Positions 8,929 through 18,382 are shown, counted from the stretch's first letter. The stretch is 19,622 nucleotides of DNA from an uncultured archaeon (GCA_964347045.1 CAYFXC010000011.1:68248-87869); one strand, 5' to 3'. Notes: generated by a model from the letters alone, not told the origin. Made by a program: numbers and translations.

Positions 8929-9540
8929 ATGGTCAACTCATCAGATTCAGAAGTATCTATCCGTCTTTCTCGAGTTCTTTCTAGTCTTCTCTCTCCGCCA
9001 ATTATTGCACTTGGCACAGTCGTTGTTTTCGCATTTTATTCTCCCATCGGCACTGGTATAATTGTTCCTTGGCAGTCTTTTCTCATTGGACTCATTTTCA
9101 TCGTAATTGGACCAATTCTTCCCTTACTACTAATGGTTGCTCGTAGAAAGATAACCCTTGATGTCAAAGATCGTCGTGACCGACCTTTACTTTATTTAGC
9201 CGCGATTCTTGTTTATCTCAGTGGAGCATTCATCGCTTGGTATTATCTAAACCATGCTATGGCCATCATCGCAATCGCATATGCGGCTGTGACATCAGTA
9301 ATTACTATTGTAAGTCTTTTTTGGAAAGTCTCTGCTCACGCAGCGGGAGTTGCGGGACCAATTACAGGATTAATCTGGGTGTACGGAATACTCATTCTTC
9401 CGTTTATGTTGTTAGCTGGAATCATAGCCTGGGCTCGATGGAAACTGAAACTCCATACCCCCCTACAATTACTTCTTGGAATACTTATCGCTATTATCGT
9501 GACTGCGAGTATGTACTGGGTATTCTGGGGTCTTTTATAA
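8929..9540 (+). CDS. PAP2-superfamily membrane phosphatase-like protein
   Basis: Polytopic membrane protein. KVSAH resembles PAP2 motif 2 and WARWKLKLHTPLQ resembles motif 3 (RxxxxxH). Confidence 0.75.
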   Translation: MVNSSDSEVSIRLSRVLSSLLSPPIIALGTVVVFAFYSPIGTGIIVPWQSFLIGLIFIVIGPILPLLLMVARRKITLDVKDRRDRPLLYLAAILVYLSGAFIAWYYLNHAMAIIAIAYAAVTSVITIVSLFWKVSAHAAGVAGPITGLIWVYGILILPFMLLAGIIAWARWKLKLHTPLQLLLGILIAIIVTASMYWVFWGLL

Positions 9541-9561
9541 AGACGATATATTCCTCCACTA

Positions 9562-12500
9562 TTAGGCAATTTGAATATTCAGGCTAATTGTGTCTGGAAA
9601 CATAGGGTTTAAGGTAAGTTCGTAAATTAGAATGCCTTTTGATTCTCGATGTTCAGCAACCACTGGTTGTCGAGGCAACTCCACTTGTGCTCCTGCAAGT
9701 TGAATTACTATGCCTTCGGGTCCTTGGGATAATGCCTCTGTTGCTAGTATTTGAAATCTAACTGTTGTTTGTAGGTCCTCTGAGGCGATTAACCAGAAGT
9801 CAATAGATACGCCATCCTTATTGGGATCTTGGAGCGTTAGCCAGGTTTGGAGTTTATCACCCGAGTAGGTGTTACACAATATTGGAGTTATATCGTACCA
9901 GATTAGATCAGTAGGTTTTGTTGAAGGGCGAAGGTATGGGAAGGTCTGTGTTTTTTGTAACACTTTGCCGTTAATGGTAACTTCATATTCAACTTGTAGA
10001 CTGATTCTGAAATATTCATCTGCCAAAGTAAAACCGGTGTCGGCATCTTCGAGTCTAAAACCTGAATCGAGCAAAGAATCCTCTCCCAATTGAAAAGCCC
10101 ACCGGCGTTCTAGCTGTCGTGCTAACTCAGCCTGTTCTTTAGAACCAATTTGACTCGCTTCATGAAGAATGTCTGTTAATCGCCGTCGAACCGAATCAAG
10201 ATTACTTTCACTTTGGCTAAGAAGCGTAAATATTAGGGGAACCTGTGTGTTTAGTATTCTTGACGCTTGTAACCGATTTGCTGTATCTCCGGCTTCTGCG
10301 CTTCGTAAGGCATCAATCCCTTCTCCATATATCTGGTCCCATTCTTTAAAAATTAGAATTTGCTCTTTGAGCTTCGATGTAACTGCTAAGCGAGTGCGCA
10401 TAAGTTGATCATATTGAGATATGACTGCTTCAATGTCCTCAGAATTCCCATCGTTGGCCGCTGCTTGAAGGGCTTTTTGTATCTGAGTTGTTGCCCTCCG
10501 TAATAGTCGTGATCTCGAGCTTTGGGAAGCAGTTAGTGTAGCAAGTTTTGCTGTAGCCGTTCCTGCTGCACTAAGAGCCAGAATCTCATTGCGGGGTTCA
10601 CCCTTAACCGCTGCGACTTTAGCTAGTGATTGAGCTAATTGTTCACTTTGTGTTAGCAATTGTTCCCATTGGGATGCATCTTCAGGGCGTTCATCATATG
10701 CCAATGAATTTACATTTCGCAATAAAAGGAAGGCAAAGGGGTAGGCCTGTCCGGTTAGCTCTTTGGACGAAGGCAGAAACGTGAAGGTTTGTTCTGCAAA
10801 GTCTCGTGCATCCTGCTTTAATTTTCGTATTTCTTGTACCTTCGTTAAACTGTTAATGCGTTGAAGAATAATCCAAATTAACAAGGCTCCAGCCTTCAAA
10901 GCTTGTACTTGTTGCCGTCCTTTGACTTGTGCTAATAATGCTGTTGTTGCATAGTCTTCGAGTTTATCTAAATCCTTCGTGGGGAAGGAGACTTTAACCT
11001 TCCCTGAAGAATCAGGAGATATTTGGGAAAGTAAGAGTTGCAATGCGAGTTGGGCTCGTATTTTAGGGTCTTTGGTATGAAAATAGAGTTGTTCATTAAG
11101 TTGATTGCTTTGTTCTATGAGACTCTTTGCGGAGTCACTTAAATTTTCAGGAGGTCTCTGTGCTAATTGGTGTGCAACTTGAGAAACAACTTCAAGATCC
11201 TGTTCATTGATTTTCGTGGATGGGGTGATCGCTGGAATAAGTTGGCTTGCATATTGGGCGGCTGAATTCAGAAGATTATTCTTCTCTTCTTCTGGGGCTA
11301 CCTCTACAAGACGCAATAGGGCATGTATGAACTCGCGATTGAGTGATTGGTAAGTCTCAGGTATAGCTCCAAGTTGTTGTAATTGATGCAATGCTGTTTG
11401 TTGAAATTTTGTGTGTAGCTTTGCCAGAGCATAACGGGCATCGAGAGCATCTAATTTTGGTAATAATCTTGAGAGACGGCTTTCTAGCCTTTTTGTGATA
11501 CGAAGAATGAGTTTTTGGTCTGCAGGACGATCTAAAAGCGGAATTGTACGTATGAGCGTTTGGAGCGTGCCGGTTAAGGCTTCATCAAGAAGTTCAGGGG
11601 GATCTGATGGAATCTCGCCAATAATCAATATGATGTTGTCAAGCTGTTTGACAGCTCCACTTAGATCATCAAGAGAACGGTAATGAAAAACCGCCGTTCG
11701 TGAAAAACGCAGGCTACGAAGGAGATCATCAGTAAGTGCTTTGGTAGACTTTCCTTGTGCTAGTTCAAACCATATTTGACTTGCCCGCATGGCGAATTTT
11801 GCAGTTGAATATGCATCACGAAGTTCTATTGCTGCATTCATTGCGGCTGTGATATGTTTAAGTTGAGATTGACGCAGCTTCTGAGTTGACATAGTTTGTT
11901 GGAGACGGGATTTCAAATGTTGTTCGCTAGTATCCAAAATCTTTAGGTCCTCAACGGCTTGGAGTGCTGTTGAAATCGTTTTTCCTTTTTCTTTACTCCG
12001 CTCCTCCATAGTTTTGTGAAGCGCTTTCCAATGCTTTGTGAGTTTTCGAATTAAAACAATTTGTTTTGTAGGCTCTTCTTCATATGCCAATGCAGAAATT
12101 GGTTCTTTTGCTTTGGTTATTTGGTAAGCTATGAGAGAGCTGCGTTGAAATTTCTCCGCAAATTTTAGGAGTTGTTCCAATTCCGCTTTCATTATTGTTT
12201 CTGGAATTATTAGGAGGCGATGTAAAAGGATTTGAAGCATTCTTTCTATTGTCGCGGCTTTTGTGGTTTCTAAGTTTTCAAGAATTGTTGCTATGGCTGA
12301 GGCTTCAAGAGCTATGAGTTCGTTTCTGTAATCTCCTTTTGGGACAATTCCTAGCAACCAATGGGTTTTCCACAATAATCCGAGTGGTTCGACTTTACGT
12401 TTAGCTGTAATATCTGCCAAGATGTTTTCAAGATGGCGTCGACCAAAATGTCGGACTTCAAGTGCTTCTCGAATCGAAATCTCGGTATTTTTAGCCAATG

Positions 12501-12639
12501 TAATAGCATCTTGCAGTTTATCTTCCAAAAGAAAAAGTTGGGAAACGTCATTGATTTCTTGGTCTTCGAGTTTCTGACGAAGTCTAGCTGGAAGGTTAAT
12601 TAAATCTGTTAAAGGCATGACGGGATCGACGCCAACCAT
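9562..12639 (-). CDS. Large hypothetical protein: HhH-like N-terminus, long alpha-helical (solenoid-like) body, beta-rich C-terminal domain
   Basis: Uninterrupted ~3.1-kb ORF. ATG at 12639 follows GAGGTG. The body is L/A/Q/E-rich and amphipathic-helical; the last ~170 aa show alternating beta patterns. Confidence 0.85.
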   Translation of the reverse strand: MVGVDPVMPLTDLINLPARLRQKLEDQEINDVSQLFLLEDKLQDAITLAKNTEISIREALEVRHFGRRHLENILADITAKRKVEPLGLLWKTHWLLGIVPKGDYRNELIALEASAIATILENLETTKAATIERMLQILLHRLLIIPETIMKAELEQLLKFAEKFQRSSLIAYQITKAKEPISALAYEEEPTKQIVLIRKLTKHWKALHKTMEERSKEKGKTISTALQAVEDLKILDTSEQHLKSRLQQTMSTQKLRQSQLKHITAAMNAAIELRDAYSTAKFAMRASQIWFELAQGKSTKALTDDLLRSLRFSRTAVFHYRSLDDLSGAVKQLDNIILIIGEIPSDPPELLDEALTGTLQTLIRTIPLLDRPADQKLILRITKRLESRLSRLLPKLDALDARYALAKLHTKFQQTALHQLQQLGAIPETYQSLNREFIHALLRLVEVAPEEEKNNLLNSAAQYASQLIPAITPSTKINEQDLEVVSQVAHQLAQRPPENLSDSAKSLIEQSNQLNEQLYFHTKDPKIRAQLALQLLLSQISPDSSGKVKVSFPTKDLDKLEDYATTALLAQVKGRQQVQALKAGALLIWIILQRINSLTKVQEIRKLKQDARDFAEQTFTFLPSSKELTGQAYPFAFLLLRNVNSLAYDERPEDASQWEQLLTQSEQLAQSLAKVAAVKGEPRNEILALSAAGTATAKLATLTASQSSRSRLLRRATTQIQKALQAAANDGNSEDIEAVISQYDQLMRTRLAVTSKLKEQILIFKEWDQIYGEGIDALRSAEAGDTANRLQASRILNTQVPLIFTLLSQSESNLDSVRRRLTDILHEASQIGSKEQAELARQLERRWAFQLGEDSLLDSGFRLEDADTGFTLADEYFRISLQVEYEVTINGKVLQKTQTFPYLRPSTKPTDLIWYDITPILCNTYSGDKLQTWLTLQDPNKDGVSIDFWLIASEDLQTTVRFQILATEALSQGPEGIVIQLAGAQVELPRQPVVAEHRESKGILIYELTLNPMFPDTISLNIQIA

Positions 12640-12821
12640 TGTATCCACCTCATTACACTAGGAAGAGGCGTAAAACAAGAATAAGAAATTTGGCGTTTTT
12701 GCATTGATCGGTCTTTACCCATACTATGTGGCCTTTCCATTCCGAAGCCCATTCTAGAAATCTTGGTTTACTTTGAGCACACTCTATAATGCTTATAATA
12801 ATTAGCTGACAAGACAGACTT

Positions 12822-13841
12822 ATGTGGCAAATTAAATTGAGAGGTACATATTATGATATCGGGTTAGACAACGGACGACGCCTTGTAGGTGAAAAGACAA
12901 AAGGGTTTCCACCCAAATTCTCGCAGGAAAATCTCGAACGCTCCAAAGCCTATGAAGAAGAAGTTCAAACACATTGTCCAGGCTTATTAGATGAATTACA
13001 CGGAATGGCAGAGGGATGCGAGGTAGATTATCAGGCTCTTGTCGCATTCGAATTAACTCCCTTCCGTTTGAATCCCTCATGTCTCGTCTTTGCAATCGCT
13101 GCAGAGCACACACAATCCGGTAAAGCCCTATTCGTACGGAATCATGAATGGATGGAAGAGGAAGCCAAGTTCCTAACGAACTGCACAGTCCACCCAGCAG
13201 GAAAGCTAGCCAGTTATGGGTTTACTTTCCTTTGGCCTCTGCTCTCCCGGTACGGTGGAATTAATGAGGCAGGCCTCGCAATTTCAGGGGCATCAACCTC
13301 GTTTGAAAATACAGGACCAGGAGTTATAATGAATATTGCCATGCGTTGGATTCTAGATAACTTTCGAACTACCGATGAGGCTGTAGAATTTATCTTGGAA
13401 ATTCCCAAAGTTTGGGGTACAAACTATATCATTATTGATCGAAACAACACTCTAGCAAAAATCGAGGCGCATAGGCAAAAGACCTTGGTGACTTACCCTG
13501 CAAAGGGGTTTGACATGGTAACATTAACTTATGAAGCCCCGGAAATGCGAAAATTCACTCCCAACGAGTCACCAGAAAAAATCAAGTTATTTGAATTGCG
13601 AAAACGCTTCTTGAAAAGCTGGTTCAGTGAAAACAAAGGTTCAATCACCGAACAATCAATAATCGACATCCTAGCGAACTGTGAGAATCAACTCCACTAC
13701 CACGAAAAGACTCCAGATGGAACCACTGGCACATGTTGGTCCTGGATTGTTTCCCCCCAATCAAATAAGGCATTCATTAGTCAAGGACCACCCTGCAAGA
13801 ACGAATTTAAACCCTATTCAGTTGACTATTCTTTTCACTAA
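12822..13841 (+). CDS. Peptidase C45 / acyl-CoA:6-APA acyltransferase-family Ntn hydrolase
   Basis: N-terminal prosegment (GTYYDIG...ELHGMAEG), candidate Cys nucleophile at S-CLVF, then RNHEW, GINEAGL and C-terminal GPPC. Confidence 0.88.
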   Translation: MWQIKLRGTYYDIGLDNGRRLVGEKTKGFPPKFSQENLERSKAYEEEVQTHCPGLLDELHGMAEGCEVDYQALVAFELTPFRLNPSCLVFAIAAEHTQSGKALFVRNHEWMEEEAKFLTNCTVHPAGKLASYGFTFLWPLLSRYGGINEAGLAISGASTSFENTGPGVIMNIAMRWILDNFRTTDEAVEFILEIPKVWGTNYIIIDRNNTLAKIEAHRQKTLVTYPAKGFDMVTLTYEAPEMRKFTPNESPEKIKLFELRKRFLKSWFSENKGSITEQSIIDILANCENQLHYHEKTPDGTTGTCWSWIVSPQSNKAFISQGPPCKNEFKPYSVDYSFH

Positions 13842-14176
13842 GATGGCAACCAAAGTCAAATCGTAGCATTCTTGTTTTTGAAGAGTGGCACAATATGAGG
13901 TTGTTTGAACAACAGGATAAGAAATTATGCGTATTATCTTTGATGAATCCTGTCTGTTTCATGAAGTTCTACACCTACGAATTTCTAAAAGGCTGCTTGC
14001 TATGTTTTTTCTCTAAACAATATTTGTTAAATTCTAACAAGTTCTTCAATAGGTCTTCGAAATCAACAAAGTAGAGAACTCCATAGAATAAAGATACTAT
14101 ATAATTTATATATTATTATGCGTTGTTTTGTACTTACATAAACAACCGCAAAATCGGAGACTCAAATTACTTGTCA

Positions 14177-15187
14177 ATGGCTACGCCAATCATTCCCATC
14201 GTCGTATTACTCAGTCTGGCAAGTGTGGTAGCCATAGCTATTGGGGCAAATGATAATACGATGGCTAGTTTAGTTGGTGCTAAAGTCCTTACATTGAGGA
14301 GTGCTGTCATTCTAGGCAGCATTCTATTAGTCATTGGAGCTTTGGTGTTAGGTCGTGGAGTTAGCACGACTATTGGCGCAGATATGGTCATCCAACCTCT
14401 CCCGGTTAATCTTGTTTTTGTTATTTCGCTAGCAATCATTGTGTGGATGCTACTGAGTGCTTTTCTTGGTAACCCGATTTCCGCAACTCATTCAATTGTT
14501 GGGAGCATTATAGGTATTGGACTGCTAAGCGAGCTGGTTTGGAATATACCCCTGGTTAGGTGGGACACCATCTCTCTTACTATTATTGGATGGCTTTTGA
14601 GCCCAATTTTTAGTTTTGCAGTAGCATATTTCCTTCAACGTTATGTCAGGCGAACATTTCTGTTAAGGGGTAGGGGTTTGGTCGAAGTGCAACGAAGAGA
14701 GCAGATCTTTGGTTGGTTGCTACTAGTGATGGTTATTATTATCTGTTTAAGTCGAGGAGGGAATGATGTTGCAAAGGCAATAGGTTTGTTGACTGTGCTT
14801 TTCACTGAGTCAATCAATTTTTCATTATTGTTATTACTAGGTGGAGTGGGCATGGGAATAGGATTATTGGTTTTAGGGCGCCGTGTAGTTAAAACGGTTG
14901 GAATTGAGTTGACGGAGTTACGTCCAAGTGCAAGTTTTTCATCGGCAACAGCAGGTGCGATTGTTTTGTCAGTGGGTACAATACTGGGGATTCCTCTCGC
15001 CGCAACGCATATTCTTATAGCATCGTTGATTGGTTCAGGGATGGCAAATCAGGTATCCACAAATAAAATAGTTCTACGGAAACTAATCATTAGCTCTCTT
15101 CTGACCGTTCCTGTCTCAGCCCTTCTTACTATCTGTTTCTGGGGAATTTATGAGATAAGCACTATTATTTTCTTACAAGCTTTTTGA
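14177..15187 (+). CDS. pit: PiT-family inorganic phosphate transporter
   Basis: Two PHO4 repeats: GANDN...PISATHSIVGSIIG and GGNDVAKAIG...PLAATHILIASLIG. ATG at 14177 is preferred over the TTG at 14123. Confidence 0.92.
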   Translation: MATPIIPIVVLLSLASVVAIAIGANDNTMASLVGAKVLTLRSAVILGSILLVIGALVLGRGVSTTIGADMVIQPLPVNLVFVISLAIIVWMLLSAFLGNPISATHSIVGSIIGIGLLSELVWNIPLVRWDTISLTIIGWLLSPIFSFAVAYFLQRYVRRTFLLRGRGLVEVQRREQIFGWLLLVMVIIICLSRGGNDVAKAIGLLTVLFTESINFSLLLLLGGVGMGIGLLVLGRRVVKTVGIELTELRPSASFSSATAGAIVLSVGTILGIPLAATHILIASLIGSGMANQVSTNKIVLRKLIISSLLTVPVSALLTICFWGIYEISTIIFLQAF

Positions 15188-15564
15188 ATTATAACTGATT
15201 GATACCAAGTCCAGAGAGCGAAAATAGGAAGGGAAAGTAAAAACCGATTTAATCATTCATTACGTAATAGGTTCTTTCCCCATTTAGCATAGAATCTCCT
15301 TCCTAAAAATAGTGAAACTATCTTTCCGATAATTATTTGACAATTCAGATTAGGATCCATTAGAGATTTATTACTGCAAGGATAAATCGATGAAGATGCG
15401 TTTATGTGTCTTGTTAGATGTACTGACGAGTTCCTATTCACGAAGTATCTTAGAAATCTGATAACTCAAGGTGAGAAAAACGGAATAAATGAACCTGCTA
15501 ACATACATTGCACTATTTCTGGAATTCAGTTTTTCTGTTCGAATATAAAGAAGAGCAATATACT

Positions 15565-16062
15565 CTATTTTGATGCCACCCGTACGGTGAATAGGCAGTT
15601 CTCCGCGCCTCGGCATACCGTTTGTTGACTTGCCACTGAAACGGGTTGCCCTAACAGAATTTCAAAATTCGTCTGAATCCAGCCCATGGTACATTCGCAC
15701 AAGAGGGGATGTTCATCGATGACGCCATACTGTACAAGGGGGCAAACACAGGGTTCTCTATCTACGGGGTATTCCACCTGAATTGCACTCCAATCACCCT
15801 TGTGCATTGGACTAACGCGGGGAAACGTTAACAGCTCTTGCATGCGGGCTATCCGGCTAGCGATATTGGGCTCTTCAGCGGCAATCTTCTGTGATGTTGC
15901 CACAGAACCAGCAAATGCACACTTCTTACCCACTTGCTGCAATATTCGCTTCTGCGTCGCACCATCAATACCCTGTAATCCATCAAACACCCCCTGAATC
16001 CAACGCGCGGTATGCTCTAGCAGAGATTTCTCTATCGAAAAACTAGTATCAGAACGCCTCAT
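15565..16062 (-). CDS. DUF6144-like / V4R-related Cys-rich protein
   Basis: Pattern GKKCA...CVCPLV...CECTMGW...FE.LLG.PV.V...TV.RG...C.F.V. AGGTGA upstream favours the second ATG (16062) over 16068. Confidence 0.75.
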   Translation of the reverse strand: MRRSDTSFSIEKSLLEHTARWIQGVFDGLQGIDGATQKRILQQVGKKCAFAGSVATSQKIAAEEPNIASRIARMQELLTFPRVSPMHKGDWSAIQVEYPVDREPCVCPLVQYGVIDEHPLLCECTMGWIQTNFEILLGQPVSVASQQTVCRGAENCLFTVRVASK

Positions 16063-16281
16063 ACCCATTCACCTTTAGCTTTCTGCTCGTATCTATCATT
16101 AAAATGTACTCTCTCTATCAAATTTAGGTCATCAAACGGTTTCAAGGATTACAAATGATTACGCACCGTTTCAATAAATTACAGGAAGCATTTTTTCTAT
16201 AACAAAATTTGGAAGTCTTTTACTCTGTTCTATACGTAATCTGAATTGGTTTCGAAGATAGAGCGGCTGTTTCTCGACCAT

Positions 16282-16308
16282 GATATAAAAGATGATTTGG
16301 TTCACATC
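16282..16308 (+). repeat. 27-bp imperfect palindrome, copy A (GATATAAAAG ATGATTT GGTTCACATC)
   Basis: Manual alignment gives 23/27 identity to copy B and 21/27 to copy C. Confidence 0.8.
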
Positions 16309-16720
16309 AATCAATATGTTGGGTAGACTCTGAGTTCATTTGGTCTTAATCGGATTTCAGATTTGGCAAACGTCATTGCAGGCATAATAGCACCACAAAA
16401 CCAGCGTCCATGGCTAGTTTTTTCAGTCACAGTTTTTCATTTAAATCCCTTCCAAATACAGCTTTGGGTGAGTATCAAAGACACATACGCAATTTCTGTA
16501 AAATGATTCTTATGAATTGGAGTTGTTCTTGGGGTAAACAAATTTTCTGAATATTACATCCTTCCTGAAAAAATTTCGAATACATTCACATGAGCAATAA
16601 TTTCAAAGACTTTTTGGGCTTGTTTTCATATTATTTAATTGGGAAATAGTGACGGAATAGCCAATCCGTTCGAGGAAGGCAGGATTAGCCGGACTCTATT
16701 TCAAGCGTTGTGTGATCGGT

Positions 16721-16909
16721 ATGAAAGTGTCAAAAGAATTGAAATGTCCGAAATGTGGGGAAAAACGTAAACTACGTTTAATGTTGCTAGATACGCCCGA
16801 AAACCGGGTGAAAGAAGATAAGGACCCTGATAGGATTCTTCTTGTAGCATCAAAGGCGTTTGATGGTAAAATGGAATGCCTGAAGTGTGGGCACTTCTGG
16901 GCCACGTGA
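16721..16909 (+). CDS. Small zinc-ribbon protein
   Basis: CPKCG near the N-terminus and CLKCGHFW at the C-terminus; ATG at 16721. Confidence 0.8.
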   Translation: MKVSKELKCPKCGEKRKLRLMLLDTPENRVKEDKDPDRILLVASKAFDGKMECLKCGHFWAT

Positions 16910-17152
16910 TTTTATTTTTAGTGGCTCTAGCTAATTTAGTTTATTCAATTCGTGGATTCTCGTGAGTGGAGTAGTAATTAGGTAGACTATATGCTATTTA
17001 GTACTATAGTTCGATTTTTCATAATACTTTAATATAGAAAGATTATTTCCCACCAGACGTCAAAAACTAAAAAATGTAGGGTTCTGAGATAGATTCTACA
17101 TTGTTTGGTAGAAAAAACCTACTTTACAGGTTAAAAAAATTATAAAACGATT

Positions 17153-17854
17153 GTGAAAAAAATGGTACTCAACTTAAAACAATGGGTTGTCGTTATACTA
17201 GCTATCATAACAGATGTTATGTTGGTTGTGTTTTTCGCGCTAGCTTTGGGTCCATATTGGTTAACACCTAACACTAACTTGTTGCTTCCCTTTTGGCAGC
17301 TTTATGTTTCACCGCTTTTAGTCATATCAATAATTCTTATTCCTACGTTGGTCTTCTTATGGATTGGCTGGAGAGAAAAAATCACCCTAAATATGTTCCT
17401 TTTTGCCATTCGACTTGGATTTGGATATCAGTTTGTTGCGGCAGGTTTTCAAAAACTAATGGATACAACATTTCTAGCGTCACCAGGGATTATCTCGGCT
17501 ATAACCGGCTCGACAAACCCTTGGCTCCAAGGTTTTGGCAATTTAATCCTACCTAATTATGCGGCCTTCTTATTGCTGATTGCGGTTGGTGAGGCCCTAG
17601 TCGGCCTTTCGATGTTACTTGGTGGATTCACGCGTCTTGGCGCCCTTGGGGGTATCTTGATGCTAGTCACATACCTTCTCACGCTAGGCTGGCTTTCTTC
17701 ATCTGTTCTCTATATCAACCAGCTTGGACCCCTAGCATTTCTAATAGTAGGAATATTTCAAGCGGGTCGATTCCTGGGACTTGATCAACTCTGGGGTCCA
17801 CGATTCGATGAATCCTCAAACGCAATCCTAAGATTCCTTGGCTGGTGGACTTAA
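17153..17854 (+). CDS. DoxX / TQO small subunit (DoxD)-like membrane protein with two extra N-terminal TM helices
   Basis: Family patterns IRLGFG..F..AG.QKL, GEALVGLSMLLG.FTR and AGRFLGLD. Confidence 0.82.
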   Translation: MKKMVLNLKQWVVVILAIITDVMLVVFFALALGPYWLTPNTNLLLPFWQLYVSPLLVISIILIPTLVFLWIGWREKITLNMFLFAIRLGFGYQFVAAGFQKLMDTTFLASPGIISAITGSTNPWLQGFGNLILPNYAAFLLLIAVGEALVGLSMLLGGFTRLGALGGILMLVTYLLTLGWLSSSVLYINQLGPLAFLIVGIFQAGRFLGLDQLWGPRFDESSNAILRFLGWWT

Positions 17855-17870
17855 AACCAGACGATGTTCG

Positions 17871-17918
17871 AAGGGGTGTAAAAGATACTTCCTTTTCGCC
17901 CCTTTTTTTATTTTTTTC
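17871..17918 (+). terminator. Intrinsic terminator-like hairpin plus T-tract after the DoxX gene
   Basis: AAGGGGTG(T)AAAAG-ATACTTC-CTTTTCGCCCCTT forms a 13-bp stem with one bulge and one G-U pair, followed by TTTTTATTTTTTT. Confidence 0.75.
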
Positions 17919-18192
17919 TCCAAAATGGCTAATGTTTTGTTTGTAAATATTTATGAACGGATTTTTCTCATCTTTAAAAACATCAATTCAGAGACTGTTG
18001 CAATCTACATTTGAGAAATTTATCAGATTATCCTCTATTAAGTTCCTACTAGCTCTTTGAATTGTTTTTGATTGAAACATTGCTCATATCCAAAAAGTAA
18101 AGGTCAATTTTTGAGGAGGGTGAGTTGTTTTTCCTTGTTTTTTATGTCATTTGAGCTGGTTCGAAGATATATTTCCCTATCATCAAACCAAC

Positions 18193-18219
18193 GATATGAA
18201 AGATGATTTGTTTTGCATC
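18193..18219 (+). repeat. 27-bp imperfect palindrome, copy B (GATATGAAAG ATGATTT GTTTTGCATC)
   Basis: 23/27 identity to copy A and 19/27 to copy C. Confidence 0.8.
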
Positions 18220-18382
18220 ATATAATTATGAACTAAAAAAACTAGAACTTTCCAAACCCTTAGGTTTCTATGCTGTATCTGGTAATTTCCCTATTGACTG
18301 GATTTAGAGTTCATGAAATGTAAATCACGAATTTTTTTAACTTTGTGCAGTATCTCGAACTATGCTTAAGTGAGGCTTCATT

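Noticed and set aside
13842-13854. GATGGCAACCAAA right after the C45 stop resembles one arm of the repeat in reverse orientation
   Set aside because: Half-site only; the rest of the spacer and the second arm do not match.
15253-15628. Short ORFs 15253-15441, 15404-15628 and 15434-15616
   Set aside because: They overlap each other, have no motifs or RBS, and are likely spurious.
16310-16700. Possible decayed gene in a long intergenic gap
   Set aside because: Only short stop-interrupted frames without recognisable motifs.
17000-17028. AGTACTATAGT-TCGATTT-TTCATAATACT palindrome with a similar spacer
   Set aside because: The arms do not match the GATRTRAAAG consensus, and chance occurrence is plausible in AT-rich DNA.
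350-17556. Numerous 60-116 aa ORFs in the track nested in or antisense to well-supported genes
   Set aside because: These are shadow ORFs without independent coding evidence.
17908-18105. Protein-like minus-strand frame (FGYEQCFNQKQFQRASRNLIEDN...*IDVFKDEKNPF) with one TGA, considered as a pseudogene or selenoprotein
   Set aside because: No start codon, no recognisable family and no SECIS identified.
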